A stretch of DNA of 64,000 nt from NCBI GenBank assembly GCA_965287045.1, contig OZ336871.1, forward strand, positions 106,888,001-106,952,000, written 5' to 3'. The position numbers and the translations under genes were made by a program. Shown here piece after piece: positions 37,562-49,989 of the stretch. The notes beneath the pieces were generated by a model that was not told where the DNA came from, made no database searches, and saw only the letters and a program-made list of their open reading frames with translations. This DNA is from Carcharhinus amblyrhynchos (taxonomy: Eukaryota). The number at the start of each line of letters is the position of its first letter. Within the stretch, counting starts at the first letter, position 1.

Positions 37562-38720
37562 GAAAAATGGCAGTAGTTAGCCTAGCAAAACATGTTGCGA
37601 ATTGGTAGAGTTCCCAGGAGAGGAAAGCAGAGAGTGCAAGAGTCCTGCAGATTCAGAATTGTTTAGACATCAAATACAATCACACAAACTAGAAATAGCA
37701 ACAGTAATTGCAGCAATGCATGACAAACTGTTACTTATTTGGAATCTAACTCTTAGTTGGGGAATAAACACAGCACACACACATACACAAATCTTCTGCG
37801 TGCCCAGAACCCAGGAACTGTTGGAAAGGACAGACCAGAATAATCTGGAAACTTTAACACTGGAGATCAATGAGAGAGAAATATAGCTGGGAGGAGAAAA
37901 ACTGTCAATTAAATGGCTAATTTTATGAGAAAATCTTATATTTATTAAAATGTTCTAATTCAGTATATTTTCTATATTATAAATCTTACATTTAACTGTA
38001 TACTGAGTGCAGCGAATAGGAAAATTGCTGCAGAACACAGTTCCAAACCATTTTTGAGTGATTTGATTGATGTTTTGTGAATTATTTGATTCATTGTCTG
38101 ATTTAGTGATTTGACTGATTGGTTGTTTTGTGGTAGTTGATCGTTGTGGGTTGATGGCTGTACTCGTTTGCTGTTAGTAATGTAGATAGTGCTATGTTTC
38201 CACTGTTGAGAGTGTAATTTGGCTGTTGGGTTTGTATAGCATTGACTGATAATTCCTTCAGCCACCATTTTTTCCTCTAATTGAAAATTGCAACAGCCAA
38301 CTTAAGGGTTTGAACAAAATAAAACAAAATTATTAATTTTATAATTGTATCCGATGGCTTGTAATTTATGTATAATTAAAGACTTTCTTTGAAGACCTCA
38401 AAGTAAATTTCTTTGATTTGATATTTTAGCTTTGCCTTTGCAGTGTTTTCCAGTAAGTGGAGTAATTTACTCTACCTCACAGCACTTTCTGCCCAGTAGG
38501 TTTTTGCTCCCATAAATCATTTCAAAAAAGAAGAGGACAAATTTGAAAAGCTTTCCTTGGGTAAAATATATTTTGTGTTCAGTGGTTTTGTTTTACAGAG
38601 CAGTCCTGAGTATGGTGTGCGTGCGTGCATTTGTGTGTGGTCAATGTTCTGGTAGCACTCTTTTTAATGGGGCAGGGGAGTGGATTCTCCAGCTCTGAGG
38701 GGGTAGGAGTGCTGAGTGAT

Positions 38721-38770
38721 GGGGGGGGGGGGGGGGGGGGGGGGTGGGGGGTGGTGGGGGCGGTGGTGTG
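38721..38770 (+). repeat. G24 homopolymer plus G-tracts (G-quadruplex potential) within a decayed TIR element ending ~39105
   Basis: 24 consecutive G at 38721-38744; TIR-like ggtgaattgcgccc at ~39092-39105. Confidence 0.7.
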
Positions 38771-39530
38771 GCGTTGAACCACTCTGATGCCTGCGCATTT
38801 TCGGGGGGTGATTATTATTTCAGTGATGGGGGGATGCCCCTCTTTGCTGAGGGCTTGCTGGTTCTCCCCCAGCCAGCAAGGAGGGCACCATTTCAGTTTT
38901 GGAGGTGAGGGGGCCCTGTCCACGAATGCAGAGATGGGGTGCCCTTTAAAAAGGGGTTTGGCCAACGGGTTTCTTGGGATGGGCTCATTTACATGTTTCA
39001 GATGGGTGAATTTCACTTGACAGAAGCTCCTGGTGCTTGTGGGAAACCCTCCTGTTTACCCTGTTGGTGTGGGCGCTTACTTTCCAATTTGGGTGAATTG
39101 CGCCCATAGTTTCTGTGTTTAATAAACTGTATAGAGCTATAGAAGGGAGAGGGAGAGAGGGCACGATCAGTGAATCAGGTAGAAAAATGAGATAGAGCGA
39201 ATGCGCTTTCTCCATTTAATATTACTACAAATTTTCTAGTCAAAACATTGTTGAGCCATTTAATTGGAAACTGTACCTCTTTCAAAGCACCAGTACAGAA
39301 AGAATAGGTTGAATCACCTCCTTTTGTGCTGTATGATTCTATTACACTGCGATGAATATCTCCACTTGCAGTTTGCTGATAGAAAATGTCACTGATAATC
39401 ACTTATTTTGGAAAGACAGAGGGCTCGATTTTACTCACACACTGAAAACAGGCTGGTATATTACTGGAGCAGGAACCACAGCTTGGGTGGCCAAATGAGA
39501 TTGTTAAGTGTCCAATTCCTTCCATTTCCT

Positions 39531-39674
39531 GGTAAGAAGTCTCACAACACCAGGTTAAAGTCCAACAGCTTTATTTGGAATCACGAGCTTTTGGAGCACA
39601 GCTCCTTCATCAGGTATTGTGAAACTTTTTACTGGGCCCACCCCAGTCCAATGGTGGCATCTCCACATCATGGC
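39531..39674 (-). mobile_element. Collapsed Penelope-like palindromic element with a minimal hammerhead-type core
   Basis: Minus strand uac-CUGAUGA-a-ggagc-ugu-gcucc-AAAA-gc-UC-gug; outer ends gtaagaagtctcacaacacc / ggtattgtgaaactttttac are inverted. Confidence 0.65.
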
Positions 39675-39930
39675 TACCATTTCCTATCCCCATGAACATT
39701 TTCTCAATTCTGGGGTGGGATGGGGGTAGGGGAATGGGTGTGCTACTTTATGGCCATGCCCCATGGTGGGTCCTCCGTGGCAGTGGCTGCCCTCATGGCT
39801 ATGGCGCCACTGATAGAAATTGTCCTCCGATCCTGGGGCCTGTTTACGTGCCTGCTTGGCCCAGTCACAAATAAGAAGAAAGCTTACCTATCTTTGAGAG
39901 CACCTCAATGCTGAAGTACTCTCATAAAAG

Positions 39931-40270
39931 ATCATAGAATCCCTACAGCACAGAAAGAGGCCATTTGGCCCATTGTGTCTGCACCGACCACAATCCCACC
40001 TAGGCCCTACCCCCATATCCCTATACATTTAGCCACTAATCCCCCTAACCTACGCATCTCAGGACATGAAGGGGCAATTTTAGCATGGCCAATCAACCTA
40101 ACCTGCACATCTTTGGACTGTGGGTGGGAACCAGAGCACCCAAAGGAAACCCACGCAGACACGAGGAGAATGTGCAAACTCCACACAGACAGTGGCCCAA
40201 GCTAGGAATCGAACCCAGGTCCCTGGAGCTGTGAAGCAGCAGTGCTAACTACTGCGCTACTGTGCCGCCC
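39931..40270 (-). mobile_element. HE1-type V-SINE
   Basis: Well-preserved copy. Confidence 0.9.
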
Positions 40271-41488
40271 TGTCCTCCTTCCTGCAGCCCCAGCAGCAGC
40301 AACCTCTACTGGTTGTGTTGTGGAGGGTGCCTATTTGTCGCCTCTCTTTGCCAGACAGGCTGCCATCCTCCATCAGATGGTAAACATGGTGGCAGTCTCT
40401 TAATTGAACCCCTGCCAGTAAAATGCTGCCTAGCATCCCACCTACCCCACAGGTCCAGATGACCACACAACTCACCTTTGCATGAAGATTAACCTAGAGA
40501 TTCTGTCTTCAAGCATCAAAGATACAAAGCAGAGAGCAACAGCGAGATAGACACAAATAGGAAGATAAGCAGACAGGTCTTCTTTCTGCAATCTAATTTG
40601 ATTGCTTTTGAATTTGAATCATCAAAGCAAATATATCCTTTTTAAGAGAAATGTTTGAGAAGTAAATGAAAGGCAGCAGAGAAGGTGGTTGGGGTACCTC
40701 CCCCTTGCAGAAAATGAGCAGAAGTGGCTGAGATTGCATGGAGGGTTCCCAGTGAAGTGAGAGAGAGGAAGGGTTGAATGCCTCTGTCAAGGAGGAAGAG
40801 CTAGGATGGTGATAGGAGTGATTGTGTGGGAATGTTTGGAAGGGGACTGGGTAATGGGTAGCATAAGGCTTGATGGGGTGAAGAGATAGATAGAAGTTGT
40901 AGTAATGGAGGGGAGAAGATGGGACATCCTGAGGGCCACATTTTCTCTACAACTCCCACCATTTTGCAGCTTGCAGCTATTAATGCGTCCATTTCCTACC
41001 TCACCATGTCAAACTCACCAACATTTCCTATAATATCCTACAAGTGAAGCAGAACAGAGAAGCAAAAGAATATAAGGAAAGAGAGAATCAACATAATCAT
41101 AGCAGAAACAAGTAAGATAGGGATTGGATTCTCTGAGCTACTATATTCAGTGCCCATGTGTTTATTTCATTCAATATTCATTCATTGCTTTGTTAGATTT
41201 TTTTTTACTAAACAGCAAAATGTTGAGCAATTTGGAAAGCCAAATAGACTTGACTGAAACACAGGTGTTTCTCTGTAGTACAGACAGTATAGCTGGGAAA
41301 TGTGAAACGTGTCAGGAGGGTATAATTAGAGTATTGTAATGTTCTGTTTCAGTTATTACACATCATTACATACAACACAGAAACAGACCAGTCAGACCAG
41401 TTACTCCATGTTGTTTATTTTCCAAACAAGCTTGCTTTTTCATCTAATCTTATCAGCATAACCTTTTCTTCCTTTCTCACCCGTGTTT

Positions 41489-41880
41489 AAGAACAAAGAA
41501 CAGCACAGCACAGGAAACAGGCCCTTTGGCCCTACAACCCCACGCCGCCCATTGTAACACTCAGTGAGTGCCTCATTCCAATCCTCCTTCTACCTACGAC
41601 TTTTGTCTACATCGTGTGGACTCCACAATAAAGGGGTGCAAATTTAGAGAATTTTATGTGCACCAGATTAAGGGAGATCCAATTTAGGGACAATTTATTA
41701 ACACCAGTCAGCCTAAAAACACGTTTTTGGGGTGTGGGTGGAAACCGGAGCACCCGGAGAAAACCCATGCAAGCATGGGGAGAATGTGCAATCTCCCACA
41801 GACACCGACCCAAGCCGGAGATCCGACCCAGGTCCCTGTAACTGCACAGCAAACAGTGATAGTCACTGAGCTGTCGTGTT
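41489..41880 (-). mobile_element. V-SINE variant with longer unique middle and a third tail
   Basis: V core at 41725-41840; tail aagaacaaagaacagcacagcacaggaaacaggccc resembles CR1 tails at 27805 and 59650. Confidence 0.7.
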
Positions 41881-42330
41881 GTCCATCAGTTGGTCCAGTT
41901 TAAGCATACACTAACAAAGCGAAGCACTAGGCAAGTCTCGAAGCAACATCTAAGAGCAGCCCTCGCACGACCCACCGCGTGTATGCCCCTTGTTGTCCAA
42001 ACTTTGCTGGTTTATATGGATTGCTTTCAGTTGCATCTATACTATTCACCTCAACTCCTGCTTCTGATAGTAAGTTTTACATTCTAATCTCTGGAAGAAT
42101 AAATTCCTCCTGAATTACGTATAGCATTCATTATCGACTATGGTATCTTATCCATTATGAAAAATAAAATCAGGCAGGTTGTGAAACAAGTGGCCAATCT
42201 GTCTTTCTGTCACTTGCTTGTTAAGTTAAAGGTTTCTCTTGGCCCTGAGTCCCCGTGTACAATACCACAGGATATTGACTATATAAATGTATTTGCTCTA
42301 AATTGCCTTGTAAATTAAATCCAGAGTTTT

Positions 42331-42620
42331 GGGAGCACGGTGGCACAGTGGTTAGCACTGCTGATTCACAGCTCCAGGGATCTGAGTTTGATTCCGGCCT
42401 TGGGTGATTGTGTGGAGTTTGCACATTCCCTCCATGTCTGTGTGGGTTTCCTCCCACAATCCAAAGGTGTCTAGGTTAGGTGGATTAGCTGTGTAAAATG
42501 CACAGGGTTATGGGATGGATGGTGGGGGGGGAGCTTGGATGAGACGCTTTTTCAGAAAGTCAGTGCAGACTCGATCGGCCAAATGGCCTCCTTTTGCACT
42601 GTCGGGATTCAATCGTTCTA
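42331..42620 (+). mobile_element. HE1-type V-SINE
   Basis: Head, core, tail. Confidence 0.85.
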
Positions 42621-43786
42621 TAGTTTCCAATTACAAACAATTCTGTTCTCTTTGTGACCCAAAAAAAGTTGCTGACAGCTGAATTCATTGCTTTCTTTTG
42701 ACCTAGATTCACAAAAAGTTAAACCATAAATTCAGAAAAGCTATTTATTTACTTTTGAGTACATAGCTTTCCTTGTTTGGCAGACATTTATGAAAGTGGA
42801 TTGACTAGGGGATTGTTAGATGTGAAAGAAATAAAGAGAGTGAAATTAGGCTTTGACTGTATTGCAAAATGAGCGATGGTGAATTGCCATCTCTTTGTAC
42901 ATTCTATTTGACTTTCTTTTGCATTGAAACCAATGAGAAAAATAGTGCAGACTGGTGTAAAACAGGCAGGCAATTCATTATTACACTTTTGCATTGTTGC
43001 CAAAGACTGGTTATGCTCCAAGTTGTTGGTTGAAGAAGTAATTTGAGCATGGTGAGCAGAGCTGCTGAGTTGTCAATGCCTGGTTCACTTCTTGCCACTG
43101 ATCATTTTCAATTATGTGTTCCAGGTCTATTTTGGATGGCCGCTATTTTATTGTGGTTAGAAATTGGTTTGGTTTTGTAAAAATGAGCAGAATGTTTCTC
43201 ATAGTTTTCAAACTGCTTTGTAAGAACTTTTATGTACCAGTTTCTGTTGGAAGACCTTAATTCCCTCTCCCAAAGTGAGTTTGGAGGCAGGAGACATTTA
43301 GTCAAGTGAGGTTGTGCCTGGCAGGGATCCTAACGCCTTCCTGACTCTGCCCCAATTAATTAAGAGGTGAAAAGGTTTGTGGTCAATCTTTCCACCAGAT
43401 GCCAATTAAGGTCCTTAAATAGGCAGTTTATTCCCACTTAAGGCCTCATCACTTTGCCACTGGCATTTCCACATGGGAGAAGCCCGGCAAGTGAATCTTG
43501 TTGAGTTGCTGGTAGGATCCCAGAGGGAATTCCTCATTCAAAGACTCAGTGCCTGATCAAGGGACACAGTATCAGGAAGGAGGGAACACCTTTGAAAGCC
43601 AACCCCTGCCCTTTCTTCTGACTTCACCAGCCCATCCCACCAGTGATCCTCTACCCTCAACCCCCTGGCAGCCCTCATGCATTTGTGCTCCAAGTGTCTC
43701 ACTGATCTGTCAAAGATGAAGCTGAGCAAAGAGCATCACTAACTGTAAATCCCCCACTGTTTGGAGGTCAGTTTCTCCTGAAAAGA

Positions 43787-44328
43787 ATGGCTGGATTTGA
43801 CCATGTTGTCGATGTATATGACATTGCTGAGTATCATAAGACTAATGGGAGACCTCATGCCATTATTTGCAACAATCATCAATGGACATTCAATCGTGTG
43901 TTAGATTCAGTCCTAATGAAGAAGAAGGAGGCTACAGAAAGCCATGATGAAACCTTGAATGTGCACGTGCTCCAGCTCCAGGATTTGTGTAATAGTAGAC
44001 GTGAGACCCATTGAAACTGCCTTTGCTTAAAAGAAGTGAGACTAAATTAGCCACTTATGTGTTCTATTGAATGTGCTTCATGGATGATGTGTTGGAGACT
44101 ATTTTCAAATGAAAGCTTGGAGATAGACTTTTTAGAGGTATTCTGGCAGTTCTTTTCACAGATGATTTTGGTATCTTTAGTAGAAGATCATTATCAACCC
44201 CAAAGAAATTAAATAAAATGCCATTTACATCACTCATGTGGTTTTCTACTGCTGATAAGGCAAAAGATGGCAAAGCGCCCACAGAATTTGTAACCCAATG
44301 TGTTTTTGGTGAACTTGAGTATTATTGA
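43787..44328 (+). pseudogene. Decayed intronless coding relic (R3HCC1-like RRM + MIF4G-like segment, tentative)
   Basis: FDHVVDVYDIAEYHKT/DLMPLF.../VDVRPIETA and MDDVLETIFK*KLGDRLF...CVFGEL; frameshifts and stops; similarity judged from memory. Confidence 0.3.
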
Positions 44329-44344
44329 GTGCAATGAGTACCAC

Positions 44345-44670
44345 TTATTTGGCACAATGCAGTAATTCACAAAGCTTTCTGCAGTAGCATCTCCCAAACC
44401 CACAGCTGCCACCATTTAGAAGTATGACAGAAGTTACTTGGAAACACCATCATCTCGAGCTTCCTCTTCAAGTCACAAAAAGTACTGACTTTCACACATT
44501 TTGTTTCCTTCATTGTCATTGGTCTAATGTGCTTGAAATCCCTGTTTAACAAAATTGTAGGAACATCTTCAGTACATAGACAATAGCAATTCAAAATGAA
44601 GGCCCTCTATCACCTTCTTGAGGGAAAATAGGGATTGGCAATGAATGGTAACTTGCCAGCAAAGCCAACC
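44345..44670 (+). mobile_element. CR1/L2-clade LINE 3' end (family also at 55865-56537 and ~11945-12005)
   Basis: Tail caccttcttgagggaaaatagggattggcaatgaatg parallels ctctcaagggcaattagagatgggtaataaatgctgg. Confidence 0.65.
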
Positions 44671-45012
44671 TAGTCCTCTTGAACCAAAGTAAGCAGAAAT
44701 GATGGTTACTTTAATCTTTCACATCTTTCTTCCATGCAAAAATCACAATGTACATTAAGCTTCTGATGTATAAGATTTGCAGTAAATTATGCTCCCTTCA
44801 TTGTTCAGTATTTCAACGTATGCAAGGGAAGTACTTCTTTGACCCCATGTGCAAAACACATTATTCAAATAAATTACTTCTGACTTTAAGGGCAGAATCA
44901 TCGTAGAGACTTAACCAATGGCAAATGCACTTTGGGAAGCTTTTAAAAAATATATCAAGAATTCCTCTGAATGAGGCCATGCTTCAGAACTCAAGCTAAG
45001 TTGACAAGTTGT

Positions 45013-45289
45013 TCCAAAGGTGTGTAAGTTAGGTGAATTAGCCATGATAAATGCATAAATTATGGGGATAGAGCAGAGGGTGGGCCTAGGAAAGATGCTC
45101 TTTCAGGAGTTGATGCAGAGTCAATGGGTTGAGTGGCCTCCTTCTGCACTGTAGGGATTCTATAGGTAGAATTTTCCCATCTCACCCTCCATGGGAATCG
45201 TAGCAGATGGGACACGGGCCATGCAAAGGTCTGTTGACCTCGGGTGGGTTTTCCGGTCTTGGGGTGAACATGGCTGGAAAATCCTGCCT
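45013..45289 (+). mobile_element. HE1 3' half with a ~125-bp MITE (45164-45289) inserted in its tail
   Basis: gggattc-TAT-[aggtagaatttt...aaaatcctgcct]-CAT-gattc. Confidence 0.75.
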
Positions 45290-45959
45290 CATGATTCGAC
45301 TTTCTTGGAAACAAATATCATTTTCAATACTCGTAAATCCCATCAAAATAGTCCGTTTTCACCTTTGCAGAAAAATGTACTTTGATGTTACTCTGCATTA
45401 CCAGCAATGGAAAATCAGGTTTAATTTCTCAGCCCCATGCTTCCATCAGGGAAACTATGCATGAACTTCAGGGATTACCGAATGGAAATTAACCAGCAAC
45501 ATTGTACTCCCAATTCCTTGGCCCACGCTCCTTGCAAGGAAGGTGCATCTGCAGCTTGCCTTATTACAAGCTTATGTCCCAATAGGCTTTGGTTTGGATT
45601 TATTAATTCCAGCCTGAATCTTTCTGCTTTTATTGTAGGTTGGAACTTTGGAAATTTTCAAGGTGAAATCTGGGCGATTTCACCTTTCTTAATGTATTCC
45701 TTCCTCCAAATCAGAAATTCTAGAACATAAACATAGGATTTATTAACAGGAAGAAGAGTTATTCAGAGCAATTTGAGAGGCATGTCTTACATTGATTGTA
45801 GACCTCTTGTTTTTGAATTAGCAAGTTGTGTTTTTTTAATTTCATTCCACCATTTGAGCATGTAACCTAGTTCGATCCTTCTGTGCAGTGACGTGTGAGT
45901 GCTGTATAGTCAGAGCTCCTGTACTTCAAGTGAGAAGGGAAACAGAGGTTCCAGATAAA

Positions 45960-46085
45960 CAGTAAAGGGGAACTCTTCTGGTGTCCTGGCTAACATGCAT
46001 CTCTCAAACAATATTACTACTTTATTATTGAATTCAGCAGAGTTTGCAGGACCTTATTCTATTGGTTGGTGCAGTTGCATACATC
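45960..46085 (+). mobile_element. DeuSINE (AmnSINE1/SacSINE1-like) core relic
   Basis: ggggaactcttctggtgtcctggctaacatgcatctctcaaacaa resembles the recalled Deu-domain GGGGAGTTCTCCCCGGTGTCCTGGCCAATATTTATCCCTCAACCAA. Confidence 0.55.
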
Positions 46086-46289
46086 ATGGGGTACATTTTA
46101 TGACTCCCACCCTGCCCCCAGCCAGTGTATTGGAAGACAGGGGGCATGTAAAATAAGGAGGGTTACCAGCCCACCCGCTTCCTTCCCACTCACCCTGAAT
46201 TATTGCCCCCATATTATGGTGAGCGGAAACGCATCTGAGACAGGTATCTCCCCTACCCAACAACAGCCCACATTTTAAACAACTGCTGT

Positions 46290-46982
46290 TGTTTAAAAAT
46301 AAGGTGTCACCCATTTAAGATGGAGATGATGAGAATTCTTTTCTCTCAAAGGGTGTGTGTCTTCTCACAGCGGAGGCAATTATTTTTAAGGAAGAGGTGT
46401 ATAGATTCTTGATAAGCAAGGAAGTGAAGGGTTATCGGTGTAGAATGAATGGTGGAGTTGAATTTCCATTCAGACCAACTATGGTCTCATTGAATGGTGG
46501 AGCTGGGTTGAAGGACTGAGTGCTCATTCCTGGTCCTAATTTGCATGTTCACATATATAGAGTCACAGAGTCATAGAGGTTTACAGCATAGAACCAGGCC
46601 CTTTGGCCCAACTTGTCCATGCCGCCTGTTTCATTTTAAAACCCCTAAACTAATCCCAATTGTCCGCATTTGGCCCATATCCCTCTATACCCATCATACC
46701 CAGGTAACTATCTAAATGCCTTTTTAAGAGATAAAATTGTACCCACCTCTACCACTACCTCTGGCAGCTTGTTCCAGACACTCACCCTCTGTGTGAAAAA
46801 ATTGCCCCTGTGGACACTTTTGTATCTCTCCCCTCTCACCTTAAATCTGTGCCCTCTAGTTTTAGACTCTCCTACTTTTGGGAAAAGATATTGATTTGAC
46901 CTTATCTATGCCTCTCGTTATTTTATAGACCTCTATAAGGTCACCCCTCAGCCTCCTATGTTCCAGAGAAAAAAGTCCCAGT
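46290..46982. mobile_element. Tail-to-tail CR1 3' fragments (+ 46290-46555; - 46560-46982)
   Basis: CR1 tails; LGLFSLEHRRLRGDLIEVYKI on minus strand. Confidence 0.8.
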
Positions 46983-47116
46983 ATGTTGGGAATATATTGA
47001 AATACCTTGTCAAGAACATGCAGAGGCAACAGTGTGGCCTTGGAGAGAATGCAGAAACCTCCAAACACCTCACCTGCCTGAACCTTCAAATACTATCAAA
47101 CTGGAGTGGAAGCAAA

Positions 47117-47433
47117 TCATAGAATCATAGAATCCTTACAGTGCAGAAGTAGGCCATTGGACCCATCAAGTCTGCACCGACCACAATCCCATCCAGGCAC
47201 TATCACTCTAACCTCATGCATTTAACCCAACTGGTCCCACTGATACTGAGGGACAATTTAGCATGGCCAGTCCACCTAACCCACATGTCTTTGGGCTGTG
47301 GGAGGAAACCGGAGCATCTGGAGGAAACCCATGCACGCGTGGAGAGAATGTGCAAACTCTACGCAGGGAATCAAACTTGAGTTGCTGGCGCTGTGAGGCA
47401 GCAGTGTTAACCACTGTGGCCACCGTGCTGCCC
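47117..47433 (-). mobile_element. HE1-type V-SINE
   Basis: Head, core, tail. Confidence 0.85.
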
Positions 47434-47774
47434 CACATTATCCTTGATCCCAAGGTGCCGATCCCAAGGTGCCGCCTATAAGAAAACAAGACCAGTGGTG
47501 GTGAAATGAGGCCCCGAAGTGGCTTCTTAAAGGCTCCAATCCGCCTGAGTAGTAAGGCCATTCTCGATCCTTCCCTAGACTACATTGGAGGGAGGCAAAA
47601 AGATGGTGGCGTCTCCACTCTGCGCCTTTCCACCTCAGAGGTCACTTCAATTTCACCCATCATCTTTAAAAGCTGCTCTCACCTGGGTAAAGACATTTTT
47701 AAGAAGACCCAGATCACCTGGCTCTGAAAGTTTGTGCTAGCTTCAACAGTAGTTTGAATTGTTGTAGTACTGTT

Positions 47775-47937
47775 AACATGATAAAACCACCCACGGTGCT
47801 TCACAGGAACATTTTAACCTAAACATTTGACACTGAGTGACATAAGGAAATGTCAGAACAGAAGGTGGAAAGCTTGGCCAAAGAAAAGAGCATCTTAAAA
47901 AAGAGGAAATAGAGGTAGAATTGCAAAGAGGTTTTAG
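47775..47937 (-). mobile_element. L2-type LINE 3' end
   Basis: Reverse complement parallels the L2-like tail at 49990-50220. Confidence 0.55.
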
Positions 47938-48616
47938 TGAACAAATTGTTGAGATTAACTCCACCTTGTTCACAGTAAACTGTTTGATGTGCATGAGCAA
48001 CATGCAATATTAGCCTATGCAGTTGTGATGGGATCTAACCAAATCATCAGACCCTCTACTTCAAAGCACTTAGTGAAACATTTGGTTGACAAAATTCCAT
48101 TCCAACATCTCAGATGTGTCAAACATTTTGCCTTTTTGTTGTTACATTCATCATACTGTGACATTTCCGTATCATGACATCCCTACAAATAGCACACAGA
48201 AATCAATCACAGTCTGTGTTTTTGACGGTGTCTTCATGACAAACCAAATGGTTGCACAGTTGAGGCTTCTTTTATCCAGAATGATACAAGTATTCATGGT
48301 GAAAGCATCCTGCTGCATTTTTTTCAGTGCTATTCCCAGAGTCCTGTGTTTGAGAAGCTAGTCTATCCCGACAGTGCTACAGGGCTGCGACAAAAGTGAC
48401 AAAAACAGTTTCTAGCAGAAATATCTCCTGTGACATTTCTAGACAAAAATACCAACTAGACATGGAGATCAATAGTGCAGAATATCTTCTATCAACATTA
48501 TATCATCAATGATATTAGCTAATAACTTGTTTCAAAAAGTGATCATTAAATTTACAAGTTCTGTCAATTCTGTAGAAAATCATTCTTTTGGATTTGCTAA
48601 ACTATAATTAATAATA

Positions 48617-48952
48617 GGGGCAGCATGGTGGTACAATGGTTAGCACTGCTGCCTCACAGGTTCGCAGGGATCCAGGTTCAATTCCCGACTTCGATCACTG
48701 TCCATGTGGAGTTTGCACATTCTCCCTGTGTCTGCGTGGGTTTCCTCCAGATGCTCTGGTTTCCTCTCTCAGTCCAAAGATGTGCAGGATAGGTGGATTG
48801 GCCCTTAGTATCGAGGGGGTGTGGGGGTGGAGGTGCCTAGCTACGGTAAATACATGGGGTTATGGAGATAGGGCCTAAGTGGGTTTGTGGCCGGTGCTGA
48901 CTTGATGGGCTAAATGGTCTCCTTCTACACTGTAGGGATTTTATGATTCTAT
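48617..48952 (+). mobile_element. HE1-type V-SINE
   Basis: Head, core, tail. Confidence 0.88.
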
Positions 48953-49181
48953 AACATTCTGTTGACAGTTACAAAATTTGAATGATTTCCTTTTCCTTGC
49001 GCTTAAGATAGTGACTGTTCCATAATGTGGCAAAAATTGCCCTATGGCAGGGGAACTGATAGGTATTTACTTCACAGGAATAGTAAAATATATTCTAAAA
49101 ATTTGGTCTGATAGCTCAATATTTTAACCACTTTTTTGCATCCTTCTTATACCATACTGCAACCCATCTGAATTTTTTTTT

Positions 49182-49488
49182 AAATTTAAAGTTTATTTAT
49201 TAATGTCACAAGCAGGCTTACATTAACACTGCAATGAAGTTACTGTGAAAATTCCCTAATCACCATACTCTGGTGCCTGTTTGGTTACACAGAGGGAAAA
49301 TTTAGCTTGGCTAATGCATCTAATCATTATGCCTCTTGGGCTGTGGGAGGACACTGGAGTACCTGGAGGAAAGTACTAAGAATGTGGGAGAATGTGCAAA
49401 CTCTACACAGATAGTAACCCAAGCCGGGAATCAAACTCGGGCCCCTGGTGCTGTGAGGTAGTAGTGCTAACCACTGTGCTACCGTGCT
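49182..49488 (-). mobile_element. V-SINE, alternative tail
   Basis: Reverse complement of the alternative-tail consensus. Confidence 0.85.
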
Positions 49489-49526
49489 TCCTCATGATGC
49501 CCCATGAAAAGGATGGACTGCTGCTG

Positions 49527-49828
49527 AGGGCGGTTCGCACTGCTGCCTCACAGTGCCAGGGGACCGGGTTCAATTCCAGCCTTGAGCTACTGTTTGTATG
49601 GAGTTTGCATATCCTCCCGTGTCCACATGGGTTTCCCCTGGGTGCTCCAGTTTCCTCCCACAGTCCGAAATATGTGCTGGTTAGGTGCATTGGCCATGCT
49701 AAAATTGTCTCTCAGTGTACCCAAACTGGCAGTGGAATGTGGTGACTCGAGGATTTTCACAGTAACTTATTGCAGTTGTTAATGTAACTACCTATGATAC
49801 CTATGACACTAATAAATAAACTTTAAAG
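49527..49828 (+). mobile_element. V-SINE, alternative tail
   Basis: Head-to-head with the 49182 copy. Confidence 0.85.
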
Positions 49829-49989
49829 TTTTGAGTTTATTGCGCAGCCGAAATTTTAGATGTATGGTTGCTAACAATGGTTAAAGGCAAAGAAGATTGA
49901 CATTCTGGTTTGTGGGATTTTAACTTTTGGAGTGTAGAATTGTTTAAATATCGGATCAGCAACCATGAAGCATCTCTCCCTGTTTCTAT

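Noticed and set aside
47446-47474. 14-bp tandem duplication gatcccaaggtgcc
   Set aside because: Isolated microduplication with no further structure
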